Position numbers and translations under genes: made by a program | Part shown: one piece after another, positions 39,580-49,849 of the stretch | Numbering within the stretch: the first letter of the stretch is position 1 | Layout: each line of letters begins with the position of its first letter | From: Octopus sinensis | Taxonomy: Eukaryota | Length of the DNA stretch: 53,353 bases | Direction: 5' to 3' | Assembly: GCF_006345805.1 (NCBI RefSeq) | Contig: NW_021834007.1 | Location: 1 to 53,353 of the forward strand | The notes under the pieces: model-generated | Seen by the model: only the letters and a program-made list of their open reading frames with translations | Told to the model about the DNA's origin: nothing | Database searches by the model: none

Positions 39580-40435
39580 TACTACGATGGCATAGATTAT
39601 GTAAATGACTATTTGTATCATTACTATAACTGTGATGGCATAAATTATGTAAATGACTATTTGTATCATTACTATAACTGTGATGGCATAAATTATGTAA
39701 ATGACTATTTGTATCATTACTATAACTGTGATGGCATAAATTATGTAAATGACTATTTGTATCATTACTATAACTGTGATGGCATAAATTATGTAAATGA
39801 CTATTTGTATCATTACTATAACTGTGATGGCATAAATTATGTAAATGACTATTTGTATCATTACTATAACTGTGATGGCATAAATTATGTAAATGACTAT
39901 TTGTATCATTACTATAACTGTGATGGCATTTGTATCATTACTATAACTGTGATGACATAAATTATGTAAATAACGTTTTGTATCATTATTATATCGCTGA
40001 TAGCATAAATTATGTAAATGACTATTTGTATCATTACTATAACTGTGATGGCATAAATTATGTAAATTACTATTTATATCATTACTATCTGTGATAGCAT
40101 AAATTATGTAAATGACTATTTGTATCATTACTGTAACAGTGATGACATAAATTATGTAAATAACTTTTTGTATCATTATTATTGTGACGGCATAAATTAT
40201 GTAAATGACTATTTGTATCATTATCATATCTATGATAGCATAAATTGTGTAAATAACTATATTGTTACTGTTATGTGATAGCATAAATTATGTAAATGTC
40301 TGTATCATTACTGTAACTGTAATAGCATAAATTATGTAAATAACTGTATTGTTGCTGTTATGTGATAGCATAAATTATGTAAATAACTGTATTGATATTC
40401 TTACTGTGATGGCATAATTTATGCAAATGACTTTG
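39580..40435. repeat. 48-bp minisatellite (about 17 units) filling DAG1 intron 2
   Basis: Unit GATGGCATAAATTATGTAAATGACTATTTGTATCATTACTATAACTGT; homogeneous at 39590-39930 and diverging towards 40430. Confidence 0.93.
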
Positions 40436-40591
40436 TATTATTGTTTCAATGGTTTAAACTCAGTAATGAGTTCCGTTGTTTTATTTATGACTGCAAAGGA
40501 AACCTCTTGACTATATGGCATGTCTGCAACCAATTGTGCCACGACTGATTATCAATTTAAGAAAAACAGGTAGATCGTATGATGGTCTTAC

Positions 40592-41834
40592 CTGTTCCAG
40601 AATCTTCATCTCCATCAGTGTCCGTAGCTAGTGTTGGTGTGGCAGCAATTAAGGGAGTCATAGGTGGTTTAGTAATGTCTTTTCCCAAACTGGTTGGTGG
40701 CGTTATGGGTTCTTCTGTGGTAAATTCACTGAAGCGTGACACATCTCCTGATCCAGAGATTTCATAGACACCTGTGTGATACCTGCTGCTTTCATGCCAC
40801 TTTACATTGGTGGTATGTCGATCAGGCTGGACAGTTCTTTTAGGTATGTATTCCGAATATATGACTGAAGGTGTCGGATGCAATTTATCTGCAGACACAG
40901 TTTTCAGTTTCTCAAACAGACTTTCCGAATGGGCCGGCGCTGTGAAACTTTTTGTTGGTTCCACTTCAATAACTGATTCTCTTGAAGATACAAATACAAG
41001 ACTTGATTCTTTGGTTGGAATAATTTTGTCCGTCATATGATCTTTCGATTCTAATTTCTGCGAGCTTTTCAGTAACTCGGTTTTAAGAGAAGCAGAGTAC
41101 AGTGACGACGAAGATTTGACAATCTTAGTCGCAGGAACCACCTCTATTTGAGGAGTTGGCGTCGGCGTCGAGTTTTTCGGTATTGCACGTTTTTTGCGCG
41201 ACCGATGTTGTTTGGAAGGGTTCACCAATGCCGATATATACCATCCGACGACATCGTAACCAACCTCCCTCGTCAGTCGCCCACCTTCAACGTTGTGTTG
41301 CAACACCTGCATGTAAAGACTCACCTCTTTAAACACGCCACATGGTACCCTCCATGTTAATTCTGTCACATTTGGAAGCACAGCATCTGTGTTGCCACGC
41401 CCAGATGCCAAGATGCTGAAACTCTGTGATTTGTCTTGCATTGAAAAGAGTTCTTTGCTTGCCGTAATTGTTATCAATGTCTCATTGATGTCAAGGAAAT
41501 CGGCAAGGTTTTTCATAATATTATACCTGGCCAACGCATCCAGCTTATACAAATTAACGGCAAAGATTAAAGTTGTCTGAATAAGATTAATACCTTTGTA
41601 ACAGGTTTTCTCTGGTTTATGCCTATTACGATGTTCATAGCTCATATAATATGGCTTTACCTCAAGGTAAAAAATATCAGAAATAATCTGACACTTCTTC
41701 GTTTGGTCTGATAAAGTTATTTTAATATACAAACCAAATCCATCATGCATTGTGGGTACGGCTATCAACCTGCGTGTGATTTCTTCATAGGTAATCCACT
41801 GCGGCAGAGTTTGATTTTGAGATGCTGCAGTTAC
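40592..41834 (-). CDS. DAG1: Dystroglycan coding exon 2: rest of CADG-1, S6-like domain, furin site and start of the mucin-like region
   Basis: Acceptor ttttattttacag|GTA in phase 0. LPQWITYEEITRRLIAVPT is CADG-like. ILASGRGN..LTWRVPC..VGYDVVGWYIS parallels the vertebrate DAG1 S6-like domain. RSRKKR is followed by STPTPTP. Donor ACAG|GTAAGA, phase 1; 1243 nt. Confidence 0.93.
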
Positions 41835-41859
41835 CTGTAAAATAAAACCAAAGCAGTTA

Positions 41860-42430
41860 TTCCTTTATTCTTTCACGTGTTTCAGTCATTTGGCTGTGGC
41901 TATGCTGGAGCACCGCCTTTAGTCGAAACAAATCAACCCCAGGACTTAGTCTTTGTAAGCCTAGTACTTATTCTATCAGTCTCTTTTGCCGAACTGCTAA
42001 GTTACAGGGAGGTAAACACGCCAACATCGGTTGTCAAGCAATGGTGGTGGTGGTGGGGGACAAACAAAGACACAAACATCATCATCATCGTTTAACGTCC
42101 GCTTTCCATGCTAGCATGGGTTGGACAATTTGATGAGGGCTGGCAAACCAGATGGCTGCACCAGGCTCCAATCTTGATCTGGCAGAGTTTCTACAGCTGG
42201 ATGCCCTTCTTAACGCCAACCACTCCGAGAGTATATACATATATAAATATATATATATATATATATATGACAGGCTTCTTCCAGTTTCCGTCTACCAAAT
42301 CCACTCACAAGGCTTTGGTCGGCTCGAGGCTATAGTAGAAGTAACTTGCCTAACATGCCACGCAGTGGGACTGAACCCGGAACCATGTGGTTTGGAAGCA
42401 AGCTTCTTACCACACAGCCACGCCTGCACC
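41860..42430 (-). mobile_element. Composite SINE in DAG1 intron 1, with an RTE-tail retroposon fragment nested at about 42085-42235
   Basis: The SINE halves match 31126-31535; the central segment matches 26500. Confidence 0.82.
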
Positions 42431-42593
42431 ATTTAATTTGCTTTCCTTTTAATTACATTTTTTGGCCATTATGACTATGGCCATGCTGGAGCACTGTATT
42501 CAAAATATTATCATTATCATACTATGTGTTTGTCCCTTCCTTTTCATTCTATACCGTGTATACTTACTTTTTTTGTAATTATTTTATCATTTC

Positions 42594-42944
42594 ATCTCTC
42601 TATATATATAAACGGCAAACTGTCTGTCTGTGTGTGTGTGTGTGTGTCCTTTATACAAATCCACAATTTTTCAGTTAGAAGGCTCGCACTTTCTATGGTC
42701 ATTCAAAACCATCCGAGGGTGGTCGTGCACATCTTTACATTTCCCCAGTCACCCCACAAAGCCATTAAAAAATCAATAGAAGTTACTTTTTTGTGAATTT
42801 TCTATCCAAAACCCAATCAAAATGCCTGAAATGTGATACACCAATTGAATGCCAGCTAGCTGTATGTGATTGGTTGGAGATTTGGACAGTACTCGCGTGT
42901 ATGTACGCATGCATGCGCTAGCATTATGACCTGGCGTTGCTAGT
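42594..42944 (-). mobile_element. Helitron/Helentron-like non-autonomous element in DAG1 intron 1
   Basis: Plus strand begins ATCTCTCTATATATATAAC and ends CCTGGCGTTGCTAGT, the reverse of the terminal pattern at 20798. Confidence 0.5.
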
Positions 42945-43091
42945 TATATATAAACCCCAACATTTTATGTCTGTCTTTGTAATGCCCCTGCCTCATCCTT
43001 TGCCCTGGTGGCAAATAAATGAAACCATAATTATTATTATTAGTAGTAGCAGTAATAGTTGTAATAATGATAATGATAATATTAAATTGGA

Positions 43092-43144
<53 letters not shown>

Positions 43145-43265
43145 TTTAAGGTGTCAAACTGACAAAATCGTCAGCACTCTGGGCAAAATGCTTGCACCTA
43201 TTTATTCATAAAAATAAAACCAAGCCTTGATGTGATTCGAATTCAGAATGCAGACATCCAGAACA

Positions 43266-43581
43266 TACGAGGGGCGTTCAATAAGTAATGCCCCTGATCC
43301 ACTTGCAGTTGTTTGATCTAGCTGAAATTTTGCATGTGCACTTATTGATACCTCTATAGATGATAGATGATGCAGCCTTGATTTCTGAAGTCACGTCGTG
43401 GTTGGAGGACCAAGCTGGGGTCTTCTACAAAAACGGTCTCCAGAGCTGTATCAAAAGATGGGAGAAATGCATAACTCTGGGTAGTTCCTATGTAGGAAAA
43501 GACTAATAACTGTGCCAAGTGTCGTTGCTCTACTGCTATGGGAATTGGGTCAGGGGCATTACTTATTGAACGCCCCTCGTA
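43266..43581 (+). mobile_element. Internally deleted mariner element with ~30-bp TIRs and a TA target duplication, in DAG1 intron 1
   Basis: TA-CGAGGGGCGTTCAATAAGTAATGCCCCTGA ... TCAGGGGCATTACTTATTGAACGCCCCTCG-TA. Retains EVTSWLEDQAGVFYKNGLQSCIKRWEKCITLGSSYV. Confidence 0.92.
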
Positions 43582-43826
43582 TATCACAAGACATCTCATC
43601 CAGTGCTGTAACTAACAATTGTATCAATCCTTGCCTATGAACTATTATTTTATTTATTAATCTTAAAGAGATGAAAAAACAAGAATGATCTTGGTATGAT
43701 TTGAACTCGAAACACCAAGATCTGAAACATATACCAGAAGACATTCTATCCGACACTGTCAACTCTGCCGCTTCCTTAACAAACTCAAAGACTGTAGTAA
43801 AAGACAGAGGCTACCAATTTACTTAC

Positions 43827-44036
43827 TTCTATTGAACAGTTCTTCTTGCACTTCAAGACAGTCTCAGGAATCCTGTAGACAAATAGTTTCCCTGTTATAA
43901 GCTTTTGATCTGGGATTCCTTCCAAAAGTGAAGGGCAGTCTTGTGCCCTGGTGAAATTCTGTACACCCCACACCAAAGAACTGCAAAGAATGGTTGATAA
44001 GAAAAGCACTATATGTCTTTCTGCGAACCACCACAT
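43827..44036 (-). CDS. DAG1: Dystroglycan coding exon 1 (70 aa): signal peptide and start of the first Ig/CADG domain
   Basis: ATG in CAAAATG context at 44036. MWWFAERHIVLFLSTILCSSLVWG is signal-peptide-like, followed by LEGIPDQKLITGKLFVYRIP. Ends GAA|GTAAGT (donor at 43826), phase 0. Confidence 0.9.
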
Positions 44037-44358
44037 TTTGTTTTGTCTCCTCTCGTCTCGTTTCGTCTTGTCTTGGTACCTGGTTGTTTTGGTTTGTGTT
44101 CTGTGTTTTTTCTTCTTTTTTTTTTTTGTTTTCTTGAAGTGGGGACTAGTTTGGTTTAGTTTTCAGTATTGATTGGTTGTGACAGGAATTCGGGTTGGTT
44201 GTGGTGTGGTGATGTTTTCAACTTGGTCGTGGTGAAGTGGGGGGGAAGGGCTTTGCTAACCAACCTTCAACTGGAATAATTTATCGTAGTTTCTCTCTTT
44301 TTCTTGCTTCTTCCAACATTAAAGATGACTTCTGCTAAGTCGGAACTTAACAGGTTTT
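44037..44358 (-). other. DAG1: Probable 5' UTR portion of the first DAG1 coding exon
   Basis: Strong acceptor ttttcttttctttttctctttaccaaacag with AG at 44360-44359. This implies a further non-coding exon upstream, which was not located. Confidence 0.6.
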
Positions 44359-44434
44359 CTGTTTGGTAAAGAGAAAAAGAAAAGAAAATTAAAAATTAAA
44401 AATCATAAGGAAAAAATATACATACATACATATT

Positions 44435-44482
<48 letters not shown>

Positions 44483-44579
44483 ATCCAAACATGAAAACAC
44501 AAAGAGAAAACACAACAACGCGAGGGCGTGGAACAAAAATAGTATTATTGGATGCTCAGGAAGGAAGGGAAGAAGGAGG

Positions 44580-44614
44580 GTTTAACGTTTCGAGCAGAGC
44601 TCTTCGTCAGAAAC
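44580..44614 (-). ncRNA. Minimal type I hammerhead ribozyme motif within a Penelope/retrozyme-like repeat
   Basis: Minus strand reads GTTT-CTGACGA-A-GAGC-TCT-GCTC-GAAAC-GT-T-AAAC: conserved core, 4-bp stem II, palindromic ACGT stem III and GTTT/AAAC stem I. Confidence 0.7.
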
Positions 44615-44924
44615 ATAGGAAAAGGAAAGATCCAGAGGAGAGAAGACAGAGGGAAAAAAATCGCCAACGGTACACACGAGGTCACATTATATATATAATA
44701 TATATATATATATATTTATATTTATATTTATATTATATTTATATATATATATATATATATACACACACATAATTAAATAAATAAATAAATATATATATAT
44801 CATCATCATCATTGTTTAACGTCCGCTAGCATGGAAAGCGGACGTTTAACGATGATGATGATATATATATATTTATTTATTTAATTATGTGTGTGTGTAT
44901 GTATATATAAGCACCCATTACAGT

Positions 44925-45080
44925 CTCGGAGTGGTTGGCATTAAGAAGGGCATCCAGCTGTAGAAACATTGCCAGATCAGATTGGGGCCTGATGCACCAG
45001 TTGGCTCTCCAGGCCTCAGTCAAACCGTCCAACGCATGCCAGCATGGAAAACGAACGTTAAACAATGATGATGATGATGA
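44925..45080 (+). mobile_element. RTE-tail retroposon fragment
   Basis: GTGGTTGGCATTAAGAAGGGCATCCAGCTG...CGTTAAACAATGATGATG. Confidence 0.7.
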
Positions 45081-45244
45081 TATATATGTGTGTATATATA
45101 TATATATATACATGTAGATAGATAGATATATAAAAAAAAAATGAGATAAAAAAAGGAAAACCTAACAATACACATGTAATATACATATACACATATATAC
45201 ATATGCACGCACGCACACACACATACACACATACGTGTCTGTGT

Positions 45245-45760
45245 GTGTATCAGTCAAAGGACTGCAGCCATACTGGAGCACTGCTTTGAAAGATTCTGTC
45301 AAAAACACAAAAATTCAACCCTGTATTTATTTTCCAAGTCTGGTACTTTTTCTATCCGTCTCTTCTTCTGAACTGCTAAGTTACCAGAACATAAACAAAC
45401 CAGAACTGGTTGTCAACACACACACACACATACACACACAAACACACACATACACATACACACACACACACACATACACACACAAACACACACACACCAT
45501 ACACACACACATACACACACAAACACACACACACATACACACACACATACACACACAAACACACACACACACATACACACAAACACAAATACACACACAT
45601 ATATATAATAGGCTTCATCACAGTTTCCCTTTACCAAATTCATTCACAAAGCAATTTGTCCTCCTGGGGCTACAGCTGAAGACACTTGCCCAGGGTGGGT
45701 CCGTGCAGTGAGAATGAACCTGAGACCATAGTGAGCTTCTTAACCACTCAGCCATACTTA
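45245..45760 (-). mobile_element. Diverged composite SINE with an expanded central (CA)n
   Basis: Degenerate match to 25512-25938. Confidence 0.6.
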
Positions 45761-46064
45761 TAAGATATTATGTGTACATGTGTGTGTGTGTATGTGTGTG
45801 TGTGCATGTGTGTGTTTGTGTGTGCGTGAGAAAGAGAGGAGGTGAGATTTTGGTATGGTTCTTGCAGTCTTTTAGTTTTTCCCAGGTGAAACAGAGAATC
45901 TACCATATCAAGGTATTAATTCTTTACCAAAATCTTATCATTCTTATTTCTTTCTTCTTCCCTCACTTCCTTTCATTATCTTCTGTTGCGGAATATCAGT
46001 TATGTAGGTGGCGTGTGTGTGTGTGTGTGGTGGTGGTGCTTATGAGCCGGTTGTGTGCATATGT

Positions 46065-46277
46065 ATATATATATATATCTTTTTATGTATGTATGTACCA
46101 GGAGTGGAAGTGGCTGTGTGGTAAGAAGCTTGCTGTGTGGTAAAAACCATGTGGTTCCAGGTTCAGTCCCAGTGCATGGTACCTTGGACAAGTGTTTTCT
46201 TCTATAGCCTTGGGCCGACCAAAGCCTTGTGAGACGATTTGGTAGAGGGAAACTGAAGGAAGCCCATCACACACACT

Positions 46278-46308
<31 letters not shown>

Positions 46309-47050
46309 CCATATATGTTGCTTATTTTGATTATAATCACCCCATGGATTTATATGGATAATACCATACAAAATTCTGGTGCCGTTGACTTAAGTACCAT
46401 ATTTATTTGAATCTAATTTTTGCTGAACTGAAACACTTTTACTTGTTTCAGTCATTTGACTGCGGCCATGCTGGAGCACCGCCTTTAATCGAGCAACTCG
46501 ACCCCGGGACTTATTCTTTGTAAGCCCAGTACTTATTCTATCGGTCTCTTTTGCCGAATCGCGAAGTGACTGGGACATAAACACACCAGCTTTGGTTGTC
46601 AAGCGATGTTGGGGGGACAAACACAGACATACGAACATACATGCACACATATATACATATATACGACAGGCTTCTTTCAGTTTCCGTCTACCAAACCCAC
46701 TCACAAGGCTTTGGTCAGCCCGAGGCTATAGTAGAAGACACTTGCCCAAGGTGTCACGCAGTGGGACTGAACCCGTACCATGTGGTTGGTAAACAAGCTA
46801 CTTACCACACAGCCACTCATGTATATATATATATTATATATATATATATATATCTTTTTATGTATGTATGTACCAGGAGTGGAAGTGGCTGTGTGGTAAG
46901 AAGCTTGCTGTGTGGTAAAAACCATGTGGTTCCAGGTTCAGTCCAGTGCATGGTACCTTGGACAAGTGTTTTCTTCTATAGCCTTGGGCCGACCAAAGCT
47001 TGTGAGACGATTTGGTAGAGGGAAACTGAAGGAAGCCCATCACACACACT

Positions 47051-47081
<31 letters not shown>

Positions 47082-47599
47082 CCATATATGTTGCTTATTT
47101 TGATTATAATCACCCCATGGATTTATATGGATAATACCATACAAAATTCTGGTGCCGTTGACTTAAGTACCATATTTATTTGAATCTAATTTTTGCTGAA
47201 CTGAAACACTTTTACTTGTTTCAGTCATTGACTGCGGCCATGCTGGAGCACCGCCTTTAATCGAGCAACTCGACCCCGGGACTTATTCTTTGTAAGCCCA
47301 GTACTTATTCTATCGGTCTCTTTTGCCGAATCGCGAAGTGACTGGGACATAAACACACCAGCTTTGGTTGTCAAGCGATGTTGGGGGGACAAACACAGAC
47401 ATACGAACATACATGCACACATATATACATATATACGACAGGCTTCTTTCAGTTTCCGTCTACCAAACCCACTCACAAGGCTTTGGTCAGCCCGAGGCTA
47501 TAGTAGAAGACACTTGCCCAAGGTGTCACGCAGTGGGACTGAACCCGGTACCATGTGGTTGGTAAACAAGCTACTTACCACACAGCCACTCATGTATAT

Positions 47600-47620
<21 letters not shown>
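46065..47620. repeat. Tandem duplication (period 773-775 bp), each unit holding a plus-strand SINE head and a minus-strand composite SINE
   Basis: GGAGTGGAAG at 46101 and 46876; CTTACCACACAGCC at 46801 and 47574. Confidence 0.9.
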
Positions 47621-47633
<13 letters not shown>

Positions 47634-47635
<2 letters not shown>

Positions 47636-47850
47636 ATAGAAATATTAAAATTACTAAGTCTCTCTAAAGGAGATTACAGCAGCGTTACTGGAAATTAATA
47701 GTTATCGCCATACTTATATGGCAGTCTTATAAATATAAGACTAAAGCTGTCGCTGATTAGCTCCAAGAGGCCACCGCCTCAAGCTAGCTATTTAACACAC
47801 AACCTGCGTCCATTATAAACCTTCGAACAGGGGAGGTCAGCCACTTCATC
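47634..47850 (+). repeat. Hairpin-rich interspersed repeat; inverted partner at 51610-51826
   Basis: TAATAGAAATATTAAAATTACTAAGTCTCT... matches the reverse complement of 51826-51630; internal stems GCCATACTTATATGGC and GTCTTATAAATATAAGAC. Confidence 0.75.
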
Positions 47851-48149
47851 CTGCCAGTCAGACAGCTGCAGACATGTTTCAGGATATTTGCCCTTTATCA
47901 ATTAGAAAAAAACACATTTTATCAATTCAAAATGAACAATTAAATTACACCATCTAGAATTTTCTAGATGGTGTAATTTAATTGTTCATTTTGAATTGAT
48001 AAAAGGTGGGGTTTTTTTTAATTTTTATATATATATATATTATATTTTGTGAAATTTGAGTTAGTATTTCTAAATTGAATTTTTCCCTGTAAGTTAGGAA
48101 TAATATTCCCTCAAATAATTATTATTTAATATGTATATATATATATATA

Positions 48150-48540
48150 TTGGCCCCTGTGCCGGTGGCACATAAAAAGCACCATCTGATCATGGCCGTT
48201 GCCAGCCTTGCTTGGCCCCCGTGCCGGTGGCACGTAAAAAGCACCATCTGATCATGGCCATTGCCAGCCTCGCCTGGCCCCCTTGCCAGTGGCACGTAAA
48301 AAGCACCATCCGACCGTGGCCGTTTGCCAACCCCGTCTGGCAACAGTGCTGGTGGCACGTAAAAAGCACCCACTACACTCACGGAGTGGTTGGCGTTAGG
48401 AAGGGCATCTAGCTGTAGAAACATTGCCAGACCAGACTGGGCCTGGTGCAGCCTTCTGGCTTCCCAGACCTCGGTTGAACCGTCCAACCCATGCTAGCAT
48501 GGAAAGCGGATGCTAAACGATGATGCTGATGATGATGATA
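48150..48540 (+). mobile_element. RTE-tail retroposon with an internal ~57-bp tandem array
   Basis: GTGGCACGTAAAAAGCACC occurs four times (one as GTGGCACATAAAAAGCACC), then GTGGTTGGCGTTAGGAAGGGC and a (GAT)n tail. Confidence 0.75.
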
Positions 48541-48601
48541 TATATAAATATATATATATATATACACATATATGTATATATGTATGTATGTATATATGTA
48601 C

Positions 48602-48639
<38 letters not shown>

Positions 48640-48645
<6 letters not shown>

Positions 48646-48949
48646 ATCACGTGACCGACAAGACCATCAGATGGTGTTACACATCGCTGGTCACAATGCG
48701 TTCACATTGTTTTAGCCTTTGAATAACGCCACCCCGCTGGCTAAGCGAGCAGGCCAACAGAAGAAAGAGTGAGAGAAAGAGTGGTGAAGGAGTACAGCAG
48801 GGATCGCCACCATCCCCTGCCGGAGCCTCGTGGAGCTTTTTTAGGTGTTTTTGCTCAATAAACACTCACAAAGCCCGGTTTGGGAATCGAAACCGCGATC
48901 CTGCGACCGCGAGTCTGCTGCCCTAACCATTAGGCCATTGCGCCTCCAC

Positions 48950-48950
<1 letters not shown>
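48640..48950 (-). mobile_element. tRNA-derived SINE
   Basis: Reverse complement of GGAGGCGCAATGGCCTAATGGTTAGGGCAG...GGTTTCGATTCCC. Confidence 0.82.
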
Positions 48951-48987
<37 letters not shown>

Positions 48988-49010
48988 ATATATATTATAT
49001 ATATATATAT

Positions 49011-49045
<35 letters not shown>

Positions 49046-49107
49046 CATTTAAATATTTGTTGTGCAAGATTTTTTATATGAAGTCGTGTGTTGGAACAGA
49101 TATTATT

Positions 49108-49274
49108 TTTCGGAATGGTCATTTTGCCAGTTTAGCCAGGAGTGTGACGAAAGAACTCTGGCCGAAATAAGATTAAGATTAATGTAAAAAATAAATAACA
49201 CTGAAGCAAAGTAACACCAAATATATAGTGCGTGTGTTTTTATTGGCTAAACTGGCAATATGACCATTCCGAAA
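49108..49274. mobile_element. Small MITE-like element with 31-bp inverted ends
   Basis: TTTCGGAATGGTCATTTTGCCAGTTTAGCCA and TGGCTAAACTGGCAATATGACCATTCCGAAA. Confidence 0.6.
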
Positions 49275-49419
49275 TATAACAATATATATATATATATAAA
49301 GTTAATCCAAACAAGAAAAACAAAAAAGACAACAACGCAAAAGGTGGAACAATTAAAGTATTATTAGGCGCTCAGGAAAAATACATATATATACATATAT
49401 ATATATACATATATATATA

Positions 49420-49690
49420 AAGACCCCCTTCGGTCATGAATGACCATGGGATTGCACCTAGAAAGTTACCCTCCTAGACACAAGTCCGGGCAAGGTTGTC
49501 TATGGAAGGCCAGCAGTCGCCCATGCATACTGGCCTCCCCTCTCCACGCCACCAGTGTTATCCAAGGGAATGACAAAGGTCGATACAGCTTGGCACCTGT
49601 GACGTCGCAACTCATTTCTACAGCTGAGTGAACTGGTGCCAACGTGAAATAAAGTGCCTTGCTCAAGAACACAACACGCAGCCCGGTCAT
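49420..49690 (-). mobile_element. 5'-truncated SINE
   Basis: GTGCCTTGCTCAAGAACACAAC CORE-like segment in reverse, with a tail shared with 7660-7830. Confidence 0.55.
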
Positions 49691-49738
49691 GTATATATAT
49701 ATATATAATATATATATATACATATATATATATAATAC

Positions 49739-49825
<87 letters not shown>

Positions 49826-49849
49826 CGTTAGATATGTACTATCTGACCA

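Noticed and set aside
39565-40284. 239-aa ORF with a 16-aa repeat, and a CRISPR-like regular appearance
   Set aside because: It is a 48-bp minisatellite whose unit is divisible by 3, lies in a GT-AG intron, and has no unique spacers, so it is neither coding nor a CRISPR array.
35602-41580. Plus-strand and alternative-frame ORFs overlapping the DAG1 exons
   Set aside because: Shadow frames of a real coding sequence, with no independent features.
29028-47620. Two separate duplications both have a period of about 775 bp
   Set aside because: The sequences and structures are unrelated (repeat-spacer-repeat versus full tandem), so this is treated as coincidence.
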